From NCBI RefSeq assembly GCF_009914755.1, contig NC_060941.1: a stretch of 64,000 bases of DNA; one strand, given 5' to 3'. The stretch is from the human T2T-CHM13v2.0 reference genome, Homo sapiens. The translations under genes and the position numbers were made by a program. Below are positions 27,876 through 43,063 of the stretch, piece by piece. The notes under the pieces were generated by a model that was not told where the DNA came from, searched no databases, and was given only the letters and a program-made list of their open reading frames with translations. Numbering within the stretch: the first letter of the stretch is position 1; the number at the start of each line of letters is the position of its first letter.

Positions 27876-28507
27876 GGAGGGTTCAGCGATTCTCATCACA
27901 CAAACTTAGCACTAAAAACCCCAACACATAATGTGTCATAATGCTTCTGCTCTGTCCACAATCCCCACTGGGCAGACAGGCTCACTGAGTGCAGATGAAG
28001 GAGTTGAATTTAGTTGACTTTTTGGGATTTTTTGTTGAAAGGGCAGCTGGAGCTCTGTCCTAGTAAGGAGCAGCAAGAACATCCTAGCATCTCATAATGT
28101 ATGTATATGAAGGCATCTGTGAGCCCGACAGCACCCCCTAAATGGGGGTTCAGAATTAAATGCACTGCATGGACACACATTGATCATGTGTTGTTGAACG
28201 TCAGTGGGACTACAACCCTTGGACCCTGAGGTTCCTAAAAAAGGAAAAATCTAGTTGCAGCAATTGGGATGCTGTGACCTAAACCAAGGTGTCAATTCTT
28301 TTCTTCTGCCTGATCAAATGCAGTGGTGAGCCTTCCAATGAATTTTGATTGCATTATTGTACTTTTCAACTTCTGAATTTCTTTTTATAATTCCTGTCTC
28401 TTTGTTAATATTCTCTATTTGGTGAGATACTGTTTTTGTCCTCACCGTAGTTCTTTAGAACATGGTTTCTTGTAGCTCTTTGGACATACTTAAAAGAGCT
28501 GATTTTA

Positions 28508-29018
<511 letters not shown>

Positions 29019-29145
29019 TTAGTATATTTTCTGAACTAATTTTAAAGTTTATATTCTTTGAAGTCTCTGTTCCATTAGTTTAGTGGTCAGCTAACAGCTA
29101 GACAGATATTTCCTTAAATACTGGGATTCAAAAAAATCTAATCTT

Positions 29146-29452
29146 GGCCAGGCGCAGTGGCTTTTGTCTGTAATGCCAGCACTTTGGGAGGCTGAGGCGG
29201 GTGGATCACTTGAGGTCAGGAGTTCATGACCAGCTGGGCAACATGGTGAAACCCTGTCTCTACAAAAAATTCAAAAATTAGCTGAGTATGGTGGCACACA
29301 ACTGTATTCCCAGCTGCTGAGGTGGGAGAATCACTTGAGCCCAAGAGTTTGAGGCTGCAGTGAGCTATAATCATGTTACTGTACTCCAGCCTCGGTGACA
29401 GAGCGAGACTCTTCTAAAAAAATAAATAAATAAAATAAAATAAAATAAAAAT
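29146..29452 (+). mobile_element. AluJ-like with (TAAAA)n tail
   Basis: TSD AAAAATCTAATCTT. Confidence 0.9.
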
Positions 29453-30589
29453 CTAATCTTTGCAGAGGGAGTCTTTGCATTTTGAGGTCATTCCTTCAAT
29501 GCTCAGCCAGGTGGTTTCCAACCTGGCCTTAACCATCACTTCCTGCCTGTGTTGAACCTCATGATCAGCCAAGGGTGAGCTTAGAGCTGTCTGAGCTCTT
29601 CTCTGAGGGTGCACAGAGCCCTGGGCATGTGTGCGGCCTTCAAGATTCCCAGGAATTTGTAACAATTTTCCAAAGCCCTTGTTGCCTAAAACATCTTATT
29701 CCCAGATTTTTCTCCCAGTAGGTTTTGGTTAACCTATTGTTTGCCCCAGCAATCGTCCATTCTGTTTGGCAGTTGAGCCTGGAACATTTGCTGTACATGT
29801 TGTCAACAATTGCCCTGAGGTGGGTGCTTCAGTTTGGGGTGAGTTCCAAGGTGGATGAGAGAATGGCAATCCTTTGGAGCCAGCCTTCTGGGAAGCAATC
29901 TGACAGATCAAAATGAGCAGTTCCAACTCTCTGAGAATATCTTCATTTCTGATCTCTGCAGTACCGCACTGGGAACAGCAGCTGTGAGTTTTCAAGGGAA
30001 GCAGGAGATGGAACCAGGATAAGCTAAAGACCCCAGAGCAAGCTTTTCTTATTGGTGTCATCAGTTTTTCTTGGATATGTGCTCTACTGGTTGCTGCAAA
30101 CTTTTTATTAGTTTCCAGAGCTCTATAAAGAGTGATTTTGACCATTTTTTGCCAGTGGTTTCACTGTTTTGGTGGAAGGCAGGCCTTTGGAATTCCTAAC
30201 TCAGAACTTTCCCATGGATGGTTTTAAATAAATTAGTTTTCAGATCTTTAACTTCTACATGGGCTGTTTCCAAAACATGACCTTCCTAAGAACTAGCATG
30301 AGATCAAAGAGTCCCTGTTTAGAATAGCCCTTCTCCCACATCACAAAAGGTTCCTTTTCAACAACCTTGCATCTTACTATAGACCGTAGATCCATATCTC
30401 CAGGGATGAACAAGGGGATAATTTAAAATACTGAAGTAGGTATTTCGGGTGAGACTGTCTTTAATTCCTGGGTATCAAATCCCACTACAAGTCATGTAAC
30501 TTTCAATTCTTTTAAACAAGTTGAAGGTGGAACGAATCCAGTTGTCAGCAGATGGGTTATTTACTATAATTTTTATTATATATAACTGT

Positions 30590-30900
30590 GCTTTTTGGTC
30601 TATAACTTTGAAGGAGTTCAAATAATTGTGTAAAGACTCTTTCCATTCCTATCTACTTATTTATGTAAGCAAGGTTTCTCAAGGCTTCCAACTGAACAAG
30701 TGAAAAAATAGGTGTATGACTGATGTTGAACTCTGTCACATTCTGGCAGGTAACTGTTCATTCACAGATTCATGGCAAAGCTGGGACAGAAGTCCATCTG
30801 TCTCATTAAGAGAAACATTCCAACAATTTTTAATTTTTAATTTTTATATTTGCTAATCATTTACCAAAATTTATGGTGTAGCCATGTTTTATTTGGTTTT
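30590..30900 (+). mobile_element. Ancient hAT-Charlie relic (hATC dimerisation-domain remnant)
   Basis: 30637-30681 translates LFPFLSTYLCKQGFS, matching the Charlie/Buster C-terminal LPFxSTYLCExGFS motif; boundaries approximate. Confidence 0.6.
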
Positions 30901-32649
30901 TGTATTATATTATTTTGAAGAATAATTCTAATGAAAACTGAATCCATCTTAAGTGATAACAAAGCCTTTGGTAACGTCATCACTTGCAGTTACTTAGATG
31001 GCAGATTATGCGCCTGCTGAACTTGTGACTATAAGGGAAGAGTTTGATAAACAATGTAAGTAGTGTGTGTTCTATATTGATAAGTGCATTTGGCAAGTAA
31101 TTGGAGAAAGATGAGTTCAATAATTTTCCCAGTATGGAAGTAGAACTAAAAAGGAAATCAAGAGAATCCTGAAACATCAGACTTTGTGAGGTGGAAAAAC
31201 CTTGCTGCTTCTGGACCCCAAGTAGTAAGAGGGTATTTTAGAAGTCCGATCTACCAAGGCTTAGTCTTGAGAATTATGTCCAAGAAAGGCCTTTGGGATG
31301 TGGTAATTGGCTCATGGAACTGACTGGAAACACAGGGATGTGAATTAACCAAGATTTGGGGTGGCTTGCAAAACAGCTATGAGCCTGGTCTAAATGCAGA
31401 GCAGGATCTAAAATGCTCGGACCCATAGGCAAGTCTTGGTACCATCTTTGTAAGGAAGTAGGCTGCTAAACTTGCAGCTCCCATGGAGACTTTTTCCCCC
31501 AAACCCACTTCAGAAGTCACCCAAGATGGTGACAGACAATGATGAATTCCTTGGAGAGGAGAGCCAGGGACAAGAAGAGAAAACAAAATGGAAATGGACT
31601 TAATTCCAGAGAGCAGACTTGATGTCCAATCAAGGAAAACATTTTTACTAACTTCCCATCGCCAGCCCTGTAGGCTACACAAATTATTGTGTGTTTCTCC
31701 TTGGTCCATGTTCTGCATGTTCTGAATGGGAACCTTAAAGTTATCATTCTGCCTCCTGGCTGCACAGGGCCACATCTTGCTGCTTTGGAGAGGACTCCGT
31801 GTGAGCCAATGGTCCTGAGCTTGGAGCAGGATGGAATTACTAGAGAATCCTTTGCATGGCCACCTTGGAGACAGAGTGAGTTTCTGTTTTCTTTGTGTGA
31901 AGGGGCAACAGAAACATGATGATCTGCCAACCTGAAGGCATGCTGGTGCAGTCAGTGCCATTGCTCACCTAACCCATTCATGTTCCTCTTGCAGATCAGG
32001 TAAACTTCACCTCCCTGCATGTAGCAGAAGCCACAGGACTGAGTCCTTTTCAGTATGATGTGGGCAGAAGCTAAGGCTGCTGCTTTGGGTCTTGGCTCAC
32101 AGAACCATCTCCTGTGTAATCCCCATTTCTTTTCTCCGTCGTGGCAGCCTTGGAGGCCCCTTGTTGAAAGAAAGGGCACCGCTAAATGAAATAAGCCAAA
32201 CTGCAGGTTGACTTTAGAGAGGCTCTGTCTCACCTGTGGCCCAGGGAAGCTGGAATAGGAATTTTCTGGGATAGCAACTGCTATAAAATGATTTGTCTTA
32301 GAGAGCATGAATCCCAGGACATGCCCTGGAATTCTAGCAGCAAAACTCCCATGGCCAAAGTCCTTTGGGATTTTCCCTTTTCCCCTCCAAGATTTGAGCC
32401 AGGGAGGGGTTAGTGAGTCCACAGCTATCCCCCATCATCCCTTGTCTATCTCTCTCTGCTCCTGAGTCCTATCCAGAACCAGAAGTTTGTAACCCACTTG
32501 CTTGTGTGGCCTTCTCCTCCTGTGTTTAGCGTGCTATTAATAGACGGATGTGGGGAGACTGTATTTACTGAACATGCCAGGCATTGTTCTAAGGTCTTCA
32601 TAACTAGATCCCAGTTTATCAGAACCATTCTATGATTTAGCTACCCTTC

Positions 32650-32979
<330 letters not shown>

Positions 32980-33380
32980 TAATATCTGGATAACATATAC
33001 CTAGAGATGTAGGGTAACTTTCTCTAGGCCATAGAGCTGCATAGAGCAAAACTGGGATTGAAACACAGGTGTCTGCCCAGAGCCACCCTCTTCTTCCTTA
33101 TACAGCAACTAGTTTCTGTATATTGTGTGGTAGGAATAATCTGAGCATTTGCAAAGATGGATAGCCTATTTCCTCAACAATACTCAATGAATCTGTGAGC
33201 CATCCATCATTTCTTTTGAAAACAACCTTTGTTCTGTTATCAGTTCCTATACATACATGAATATTTGGCAAGGACCTTTGGGCTATTTTGTTTATTTTTA
33301 TGCCGGTATCAAGTTTGAAACTGTCAAACTCTTTTCCTCTCTCAATAAAAGGTTATAGCATTTACCTTAAAAAATTATGA

Positions 33381-33697
<317 letters not shown>

Positions 33698-34438
33698 TAA
33701 TCATTTTCAAAATCATAACCCACAGTAAAACTTCTTGAAACTCATTTTTCCAAGTCTCTTTCATCTGAATTCTGTTCCCCCACCCTCGACAAATCTCCCC
33801 AGGGGATCTGCCCAGCCCTGAAGAACTCTACAGAGCATGCACTCCCTGTTGCCTATTTCTAAGGCCAGAAAGGTGATTGTGGTTGTTAGGACAGGTGAGA
33901 AACCCCATCACTCTCTGCCCACCCACTCCAGCCTGGCTGGCCTCCCAGCCCTCCTCCCCTCCTCATACAGCGTCTGTTGGTTCAGGGAAGAGATCTATTC
34001 CCGCACAGTCAGGGAGCTGGCCCCTCCTGCCGCAGTCCCAGAGTTCAAGTCACTGTAAAACCAACCACGCATCCAGTGCCAAGCTGGCCTCTGTGGGGAG
34101 AGGACTGCATCTCATATAGCCCCTCCTTGCCTCAAGTTCCTCCTGTTCCTGTGTAAAGAGATAAACGATGGTCCTAGTCTATCTTGTACTCACGTTAGAC
34201 TCTACTCCTCCCTGTCTGTGGCCTTTGGGCAAGTCTCTCTCCTGCTCAGAGCCTCACAGCCCCTCTCAGGTTCCAACCACAGTGCAGAGGACAGGACTCC
34301 CAGAGTGTGTGCAAAACCCTCTGCCTAGCCTACCCAGAGGCTGCTGGTGACTTTTCCACATACCCAATTGTATTGAACTGGGCTGTTTTTCCTGCTTGCC
34401 AAGAGCTTTTTCTTTTTTTCCTCTCATCTCAGCTAATC

Positions 34439-34630
34439 CAGTAGCTGGGACCACAGGCATGCACCACCACACCCACTAATTTAATTAATTAATTTATTTT
34501 TATTATTATTTTTTAACAGACAGGGTCTTGGTGTGTTGCTCAGGATGGTCTTGAGCTCTTGGACTCAAGCAACCATCCCACCTTGGCCTCTCAAAGCGCT
34601 GAGATTACAGGTGTGAGCCACCGCACCCAG
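34439..34630 (-). mobile_element. Partial Alu
   Basis: GTAGCTGGGACCACAGG...GTGAGCCACCGCACCCAG. Confidence 0.85.
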
Positions 34631-35264
34631 GCAGCCAAAGCGCTTTTCACAGAGCAGTTCAATGGTTCAAGAATGTGGCTCTGCAGGGAGCTTCCGCATG
34701 GGACCCTGGCTCCGCCCTTAGCAGTGGGCACCTGACAGATAACCAGCGTCTGTGCTTCCAGCTTCCCATCTGCAACGGGGGATAGTGCAGTGTTTATCTC
34801 AGAAGATTACTGTAAATGTTAGTTGAGTGAAAACACAGGAAAACTATAAAATTGTGCCTGGAAAAATCATAAGTCAGGAGAGCGTGGTGGAGGGGAGGTG
34901 TGGCATAGGTGACGTCTTGAAAGGGGCCCTAGAGAGGCTTCCAGGTCCTGGGGTGAGCCCATTTTCTGGCATGAGTTCAACTCTCGTAGTGTACTGTTTG
35001 TGAGAATCCATTGCATTGTACGCTTAAGATATTTGTGCTTTCCATCTGTGTGTTATACTTTCAAAAAAATTTGTTTTAGTGCCTGAGAATTAGAAAAAAA
35101 ATCCTAGAGATCTTCAGACCTCCAAAGCTGGGATCCAAGTCTGTTTCTCTGAGGGGATCCCTGTTAATGTCTGGATCATGGACAGAGTGAAAAGGAACTT
35201 ACAGTAATGTAAATTTGGAGACAGAAAATAGGTAGTGGCAGCAGGGTGATGGGGCCTGGAAGCT

Positions 35265-36188
35265 GGGAGGGGTGCTGGACCTGCTGGGATGGGAGCAGGG
35301 GGAGAGCTGATTGTTTTGTCCCCTCCTGAGTGCGAGAGTAATCTGTAACCCTTCCACAGCCTGTGATGCGGGCCTGGAGCTCTGCACTGAGCTGCACGTT
35401 CTCTGTGCCCAGCTGCCGAGGTGTCAGCTCACTTCAGATGATGGAGATGCAGAATATTTGGTGGCTTCTTCTGTGCTTGGAGAGCCCTGGGACTTTGGTT
35501 CCATTTCTCATTATTTTGTGTGGGGTTGGGATGTGCTTTCTGTCATGCAACTGCATCCACTGCCATCCATATTTACCAATTCATCTGTAAGGGAACCCTA
35601 AAGCCAGCCCCTAGTCTCTTTAGATGGGCTCCTAAATTGACCATTGGACCCCAGGGGCCCCACGAATGAGAATGCTCAGGAGAGACTAGAACACTATCAG
35701 TCCAGGGGAGCAGCTTGGGCAGGGCAGGAGGTAGAGTGGGGACCGGGGCTTCTCTCCAGTGCTCACACCCAGCTACCTGGGTGTGTTCAGGATGCCAGGG
35801 TAAAGCCCCAAACACCACGACATCGGGGCCATGGACTGGCTTCTTAACAGAATTAAGAGCACCCAAAAAGAGCAGGTCCCCAGCACCTGGGCACTAGCCA
35901 CCCTCCCTTCTTGGGCGTGCCTGGGCCGAGGCTCCTGACTGTGCTGGGCTGGCCTGGAGCAACGCTGACCCATGAAAGACTCTGATCAGATTGTGTTCAA
36001 CTGTTTCCAGAAGCGACATGTGCGTCCCAGATGAGACCAACTGGGCACAGAGAACGTGCTGCTCAGTGCAGAGCTCCAGGCCCGCATCACAGGCTGTGGA
36101 AGGGTTACAGATGACTCTTGCACTCAGGACGGGACAAAACAGTCAGCTCTCCCCCTGCTCCCACCCCAGCAGGTCCAGCACCCCTCCC
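35265..36188. repeat. Long inverted repeat: 148-bp arms (35265-35412 and 36041-36188) with a 628-bp spacer
   Basis: Manual alignment gives 142/148 identity with no gaps; the paired ORFs 35199-35387(-) and 35991-36278(+) share QSSRPASQAVEGLQ...QLSPCSHPSRSSTPP. Confidence 0.95.
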
Positions 36189-37615
36189 GGCCTTCTGCTG
36201 TTCCTCAGCAGAGGGCTCCTGGCTGAAAGATACCTTGATAAGCATGTGCAGAAAACTGTATTCGCTGGAGCTTTATAGAGAATAGGATAAATATTTTCAT
36301 CACTTTAGCAATCTTCATGAAGTTAACCTAGAAGAAAGTCAACTTTTTCACGTCCGCTGCTCCTTTAGAAGTCAGCACCAATGCAGTGGCAAGAGGACAT
36401 GCAAGTTGGGAATTTTAAAAGGTGAGGTTTGCTCTCCAGCGCTGGTCCCTTCCAGGTGTGACCTTCACATCTTCTTTCCATGAGGTCCGGGCTCCCATTT
36501 GCAGAGGCCGACAGTTCCCAGAGTGACTTTCCTCAGAAAACAGGATCTTAGAGGAGACAGTCAGAGGAGGGGCTTCATCCTCCCCCCTGCACAGCCCCTT
36601 GTAGGGATTGGAAAGCGAGGGTCTCTGCCCATGAGGCAGCAGTCACCTTAAGCTGTAGTGTGGGAGGAAGCCTAGGGAATATAGGTTGGTGCTGGGACAG
36701 CATTTCCTGGTTCTGACTTAGAGAAAGTGTTAAAATCCCGACATTCCCGACTCCTTCTTTGTGGGAGCCCCTGCCCTGCAGATCTCACGGGGTTGTTGTG
36801 AGGGTCACCTGGGGTGATGTGTTTGGAAGTGCTTTGTGAATGACACAGTGGGCCTTCCTATTCCTGTCGCTGGCCCTTCAACCTTGAATACTAATTTCCT
36901 GGGATCTCCAGGTTTCAAGGTCTAATCCTGGAAGGGTATGAGGTGTCCCCATTGGAACATTCTACAGCACTTCCTGGGAGGTCCCTTGCTTCCACCTTTG
37001 CCCAACATAACCCCTGCTCCTGTTCCCTCAGCCTGGAGAGCTTGCCCAGGGGCACAAGATGGTACTGGACTGAACTTCTCTTTGGGGAAGGTGATTACTT
37101 CCTCTTTTCAGCTGTCCCTCTTCCTAACTTGCCCTGTGGAATTCCAGGGCTCTATGCAGCATTTGCCAGACATGAGAGAGAGAACTTCTAGGGCAGGGAT
37201 CTGCCCTGGGTGGGGATGGAGGAGTATTCTAGAGTCTGGGTGTCAGAAGTGTGAGCCCTGCCCAGGGGGGTGATGGACTATCCCTGGGGGCCAACATGCT
37301 GCTGTGTGGGAAGCCAGGGAAGATGCTGCTCTTTCCCATCACCTTTGGGATCTATGGAGTTGTCCACCCCGACCCCCGGTCTCCTCACCAGTGGCCTCCA
37401 CCTTCCCCCTGACCTGTGCTGCCCCTCATGTGAGGTTTCATCACCTGCACCAGTGCCTGCCTCTCTGCCTCCAGACCCATGGCTCATGGCCCTCTCTCTC
37501 CTCACCCCTTCCATGCCTGTTCCCTCTTCCCCTAGAGCCCATTTCCATCCATACCCCACCGAGTCTTTCACCACATCCTCACCTGACCCCGCACCTCCCC
37601 AGCCCACCTTTCCCT

Positions 37616-38186
37616 TGAAGGAGTGAACGCCATCCCAAAATATGCCCAATTGGTATATTGATAATTTTATGTTAAAAACATTAGAGAAATTGTAGTTTTA
37701 GAAAGGGTGAGCTGACCTGCCTCTTCCTGCATGTAGCAAGCCATAAAGACTCCTCTGGGGGCGGCACCCCCACACAAGGGCAAGAAGAGAGCCTTTAGCA
37801 CCAGAGACTGGGGATTAGGGGTAGCAACGGACCCGAGTAAATGTACTTCACGAAGTAAGCCGTGTTGCCCACTGATTTTATATTCCTGCATATCACCTAG
37901 AGGCTCCCCTGGAAATTTACTGTCCCTAGCCAGATTCTGCTTGGCCTTGTCATTTCTTCTCAAATTTATTATTCTTTGTCTAAAAAGTACAAAAGCATCT
38001 TGCTTTGGCTACTTCTTCAGACGTCACTAATTTGGGAAGATCCCCATGTACCTTTAATACTAATACAATTTTTATGCTTTTCTCTTGTTAATATGCTTGG
38101 TTTCAATTTGGTTTCTAGCCGAGGTTCCAGCCAAGGATCCCATGTAAGAGCTAAGTGGGGTTGGAGGCGATCTCTGGGTCTCTGCA
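37616..38186 (+). mobile_element. MER4-group ERV1 5' LTR (MER34/LTR29-like)
   Basis: TGAAGGAG...CCCAAAATATGCCC start and ...CTCTGCA end, followed by PBS-like TGGCGCAG. Confidence 0.65.
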
Positions 38187-39500
38187 GAACGTGGCGCAGA
38201 GCCCGGGGCCCTCCCTCACAGGCTAGGACGCTGCTTATTCTGGAGCTACTGCAGCTAAGACCCGGGACCTCTGACCCAAGCCAGCAAAGGCAGGGTTCTT
38301 ACTGCCAGCCTTCCAGGTCTCTGCTGTCTGTGTCTTTTTCTCTCTCTAAATTGGGATTGACAGGATAAAAGATTTGTGTCTTTTTCTGTCTCTAAATTGA
38401 GATTGACAGGATAAAACATTTGTGAACTAATTCTTTGGGTAAAAAGCGACTTTTAGTGTTTTTGTGAGTTCTCTAGGTTTCTATTTGATCCTTTTGATCT
38501 CAGAGATGGTCTTTGTTTTCCTTTGTCTCTGTCTTTTTCCTGCCATTTGTCATAAGGAGAGGAAGCGTCAGGTAGAGAACACAGGCACAGGTCCTTCAAA
38601 GTCTGCTGGGTCCCCAGCGCTTGGGTTTGTGGCACTTGTCAGACCCATGTCTGCCTAAGCAAACTATGCTGTGGGTCCCTGAAACAAAAAAACAAAAGGG
38701 ATAGGGTTCCCCTCTCGCCTCGTTTTATGTCCTGAGAGCTTGGCTGTGTGACAAGGAGGACGCCTCTCTGGTCTCCGCCATCTGAGGGGCACAGAGTGTG
38801 GCTCTGTGTCAGGCAGCAGGCTGACCAGACTGGGGACTCAAGACGCATGAGGCCCAGGTGGCACTCTCTCTGTCTGTATGTGTCAAGCGCTCACGGAGTT
38901 TTGTTGTAAGACGCCAATTCATAAGGGCTTTCTTCATCTTATCCTTGTTGCCCTGATTAGTGCTGGGAGATTCCCATTCCAGTATCACCTGCCCAGTGTC
39001 ACAGTGAGTGGACCTGAGGCTGAAGGCATCTCAGCTTCCACGGGAGACTGGAGGTGTGGTCTGCACAAGCACTCTCCCTACCTGCACGTGGCAACGCAAG
39101 TCTTTGCTTTCTTCATCCATCTCTGAGAGTGAATTTTTGGATGATGGGCTGCCTTTTCTGCACGTACTGCAGGAAGACGCCTTGCGTTCTGGTAATGATG
39201 GGAAGCCACCTCCTGGCCTTTCCCTGGAAAGGCAGATTAAGGCACTACTGGAACATATGCACCGGCGTAGATCTGAATTGGCCACGGCCAGAGATGGATT
39301 TGTGTTTAAAACATGTTAGAGAGTGCTCGTTCTAAACAACTGGTCTGTTGGCATCTATGGGAAGATCACACTGAGGAACACAGAATGTACTATGGTTAGT
39401 CTTAAAACATCCCTTAACAAAATTAAGGAACCAAAAGCTGACCTAGAGCAGACATTGAAATCCACTCCCACCATAAATCCTCCTCCACCCACTTATACCC
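38187..39500 (+). mobile_element. Decayed ERV1 internal leader fragment (MER4-group)
   Basis: Follows the LTR; shares leader motifs with the 46-48 kb internal (TGCTGTGGGTCC; TTTTATG(T/C)CCTG...TGTGACAAG). Confidence 0.55.
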
Positions 39501-40287
39501 CCAACACCTCCAACTCTCGTCCCTGACCCACCAGAGGATCCAATGGATTTCTAGATCTCCAGTCTGAACCTTCCTCCCCAACACCCAGCCCCATCTTCTT
39601 CACCTCTCTCTCCTCAACAAAATCCTGTGACTCCCCCCAGCTTCCCCCAAACCCCTTAGACAGCTGCCTGCTTAACCTCCCTTTCCTGGCGTGACCTACA
39701 GAAAGCTTTCAGTCTGATCTGAAAGTGCGAGGCACACAGGGCATTTGTGGAAAAGCTGGCAGCCAGGAAGTAGACCTGGCACAGGCTCCAGGGACAAGCA
39801 GTGAGGCTGGCTTTGCTGTGCCTTGCGCCCTCTCCTACACCCCAGGGCCTTGTCATCAGACTCCCTCAGCTCCAGACCTCCCTGTGCAGTAACTCCCTCC
39901 TCAAAGAATTCACATCCCTGGACAGCAGTGGACCTTTTAAACTATAAAGCCCATTCTGCTCCTACTTTCAGAAGATCCTACCAAGTTTAGAGAAGAAGGT
40001 ATCTAGGATTGAAAGTACAACATAAGAAGATATTCAGAATACAATAGAAGCTGTTCTAAGAGAAAAAATGTGTAGCTGTATAGTTTTAGGTGCATTTGTG
40101 AGAATAATAAGAAATTTAAATCTTTTTAACCTCTGAAGATTACCATTTCCTAAGAAATTTAACATTTTAATAAGCTAACGTTAACTGAAGAAGTTAGGTA
40201 AACAAAAAGTGGAACAAGACTAAAATCTGTAAAAAAAAAAAAAAAGAAAGAAAGAAAAAGTAGAACAAAAATTCATAATGATAAAAT

Positions 40288-40595
40288 GGCCAGGTGTGGT
40301 GGCTCACGCCTGTAACCCTAGCAGTTTGGGAGGCCAAGGTGGGCAGATCATGTGAGGCCAGGAGTCAAGACCAGCCTGGCCAACATGATGAAACCCCGTC
40401 TCTACTAAAAATACAAAAATTAGCTGGTTGTGGTAGTGTGCACCTATAATCCAAGCTATTCAGGAGGCTGAGGGAGGAGAATCACTTGAACCTGGGAAGC
40501 AGAGATCGCAGTGAGCTAAGATAGCACCAGTGTACTCCAGCCTGGGTGACAGAACAAGACTCCGTTTCAAAAAAAAAAAAAGTAAGAAAAAAAAG
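40288..40595 (+). mobile_element. AluS-like within old A-rich L1 debris
   Basis: TSD AAATTCATAATGATAAAA. Confidence 0.92.
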
Positions 40596-41358
40596 AAATT
40601 CATAATGATAAAAGATAAATTGATTAAAATATAAAACAAATTAGATTGATGAGAAATAAATCTGGTTAACTATAAGGAAATACATAATGGACAATGTTGG
40701 GAAAATATGAACAAGAAAAAAGAGAAAATAACAAAAAACCATTTATGGATTGTTGAAAAGAAAGCTCACTTCCAAATTTAAAGTAAATTAAGGGTAATTA
40801 AAATGAAATAATTTTGTGCAAAAATGTAGAAAAACTACTAGGAAACAAAAGACGTTTTAAGAAAAGTGTTAACTGGTATCGTGGAGATGTTAATTTGATC
40901 AGTAATTACAGAAGATTTTAAACTTGAAGTCAAACATCTGCTTCTAAAAGGCAGATGATCCTTCTGCTACTCAACCAAGTATGACCAGGCCTCCACAAAG
41001 AAATAATCCTCATGGCATGCAGTATGTTCCAGTGAAAACAGGAACAAAACATGCCATGGAACTCATTTGAGGAGTGCACCGCAGACAAAATGTCAAAGCC
41101 AGAAAAGGAGGGTATAGCAGACCACGGTACAGTGTCACTTGTACACTGTTGGTGGGAATGTAAGTTAGTACAGCCACTGTGGAAAACAGCATGGATGTTC
41201 CTCAAGAAACTAAAAATAGAGCCACCATCTGACCCAGCAACTCCATTACTGGGTGTATATCCAAAGGAAATGCATTCAGGGTGTTGAAGAGTTGTCTGCA
41301 TCCCCGTGCTCATTGCAGCATATTCACAATAGCTGAAAAACGGAATCAACCCAGGTGT

Positions 41359-41893
41359 TGTGGGGAGGAAAAGCTTTCCCTCTACCCTCAGAGGGTTTGA
41401 TAATTGAGTCTGTGAAATAAATGGGCAGCAGGCAGATTAACAGGAGAATAAGGCTTACAAATTTTCATGTGGGCATGGGAGGCAATCACATGAAAGAAAC
41501 GTGAAATGCAACACCCAGTGAGGCTGGAAGCTTATGTATTTTTCTGCAAAGGGGAGAAAGAGAGGAGACAAAGGGAACCGAAGGGAGAGTAAATGACTTT
41601 GGTGAAAGATAAATGGATCCCTGGAAGAATGAATAATGAGAAAGGGACAGCTGTGACGAGGTCTGTCTGGGCTGCTGTGACATGAACCAATCTTCCCTTG
41701 TTGACGAGATTCCCAGGGAGGGGATTCATGCCAGCTGTGCTCCCTTTGGAGGATCTGTCTTTCGACAGATGAGGGAGAACCAGAGAAAACCCTCCCTGCA
41801 TTTGCTCCTCCACCACTGCCCTCAGTTTGAAGCAATCAACACATCAAATTGGCATATTCTGGGTGGGGGGAAGGAATTTCCTGAACTTCTTCA
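41359..41893 (-). mobile_element. MER4-group ERV1 solo LTR
   Basis: TG...CA bounded; 4-bp TSD GTGT at 41355-41358 and 41894-41897, splitting the L1 motif AACCCAGGTGT. Confidence 0.75.
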
Positions 41894-42060
41894 GTGTACA
41901 CACACGGATGAGTGGAAAAAGAAAATGTGATGTACATATAATGAGATAATAGAATATCATTCACCCTAAAAAAGAAGGAAATCCTGCCTTTTGTGACACT
42001 GTGGATGAACCCAGAGGATGTTATGTTGAGTGAAATAAGCCAGACACCGAAAGGCAGATA

Positions 42061-42560
42061 CAGTTGACCTTTGAACAACAGAAGTTTGAACTGTGTGGGT
42101 CCATTTATATGTGAATTTTTCTCAAAAAAAGTTACAGCAAGGGGGCCTGCTTCTCCTGCCTCTTCCTTTCCACCTCCTCCACCTCTTCTGCCTCTGCCAC
42201 CCCTGAGACAGCAAGATCAACTCCTCTTCTCCCTCCTCCCCAGCCTCCTCAACCTAGAGATGATGAGGATGAAGACCTTTATGATGATCCACTTAATGAA
42301 TAGTAAACAGATTTTCTCTTCCTTATGGTTTTCTTAATACCATTTTCTTTCCTCTAGCTTACTTTACCATGAGAACACAGTGTATAATATGTATAACATA
42401 CAAAATGTGTTAATCAATGGTTTACGTTAACACATAAGACTTCCAGGCAACAGTAAGCTACTAATAGTTAAGTTTTTGGGGAGTCAAAAGTTATACACAC
42501 GTTTCCAACTGTATGGGGGTGTCAGCACCCCCAACTCTCACATTGTTCAAGGGTTGACTG
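42061..42560 (+). mobile_element. Tigger2-derived non-autonomous element (Tigger2a/b-like)
   Basis: TIRs CAGTTGACCTTTGAACAA / TTGTTCAAGGGTTGACTG, each flanked by TA. Confidence 0.9.
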
Positions 42561-42703
42561 TATTGCACAATCTCCCCTAACTCCTGTTTTTAGATGTGAA
42601 ATCTAAAAAAATTGTACACACAGAAGCAGAGAGGGGAACAGGGGTTGCCAGGGGCTGGGAGTGGAGGGGATGGGGAGATGTTGATCAAAAAGTACAAACT
42701 TCT

Positions 42704-43063
<360 letters not shown>

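Noticed and set aside
30637-30681. Domesticated hAT (ZBED/Buster) gene
   Set aside because: Only a 15-residue motif survives, with no extended ORF.
31377-32422. Longest ORF in the track (194 aa) and its 156-aa neighbour
   Set aside because: No recognisable domain, non-ATG or weak starts, and overlap with probable old MaLR-like sequence.
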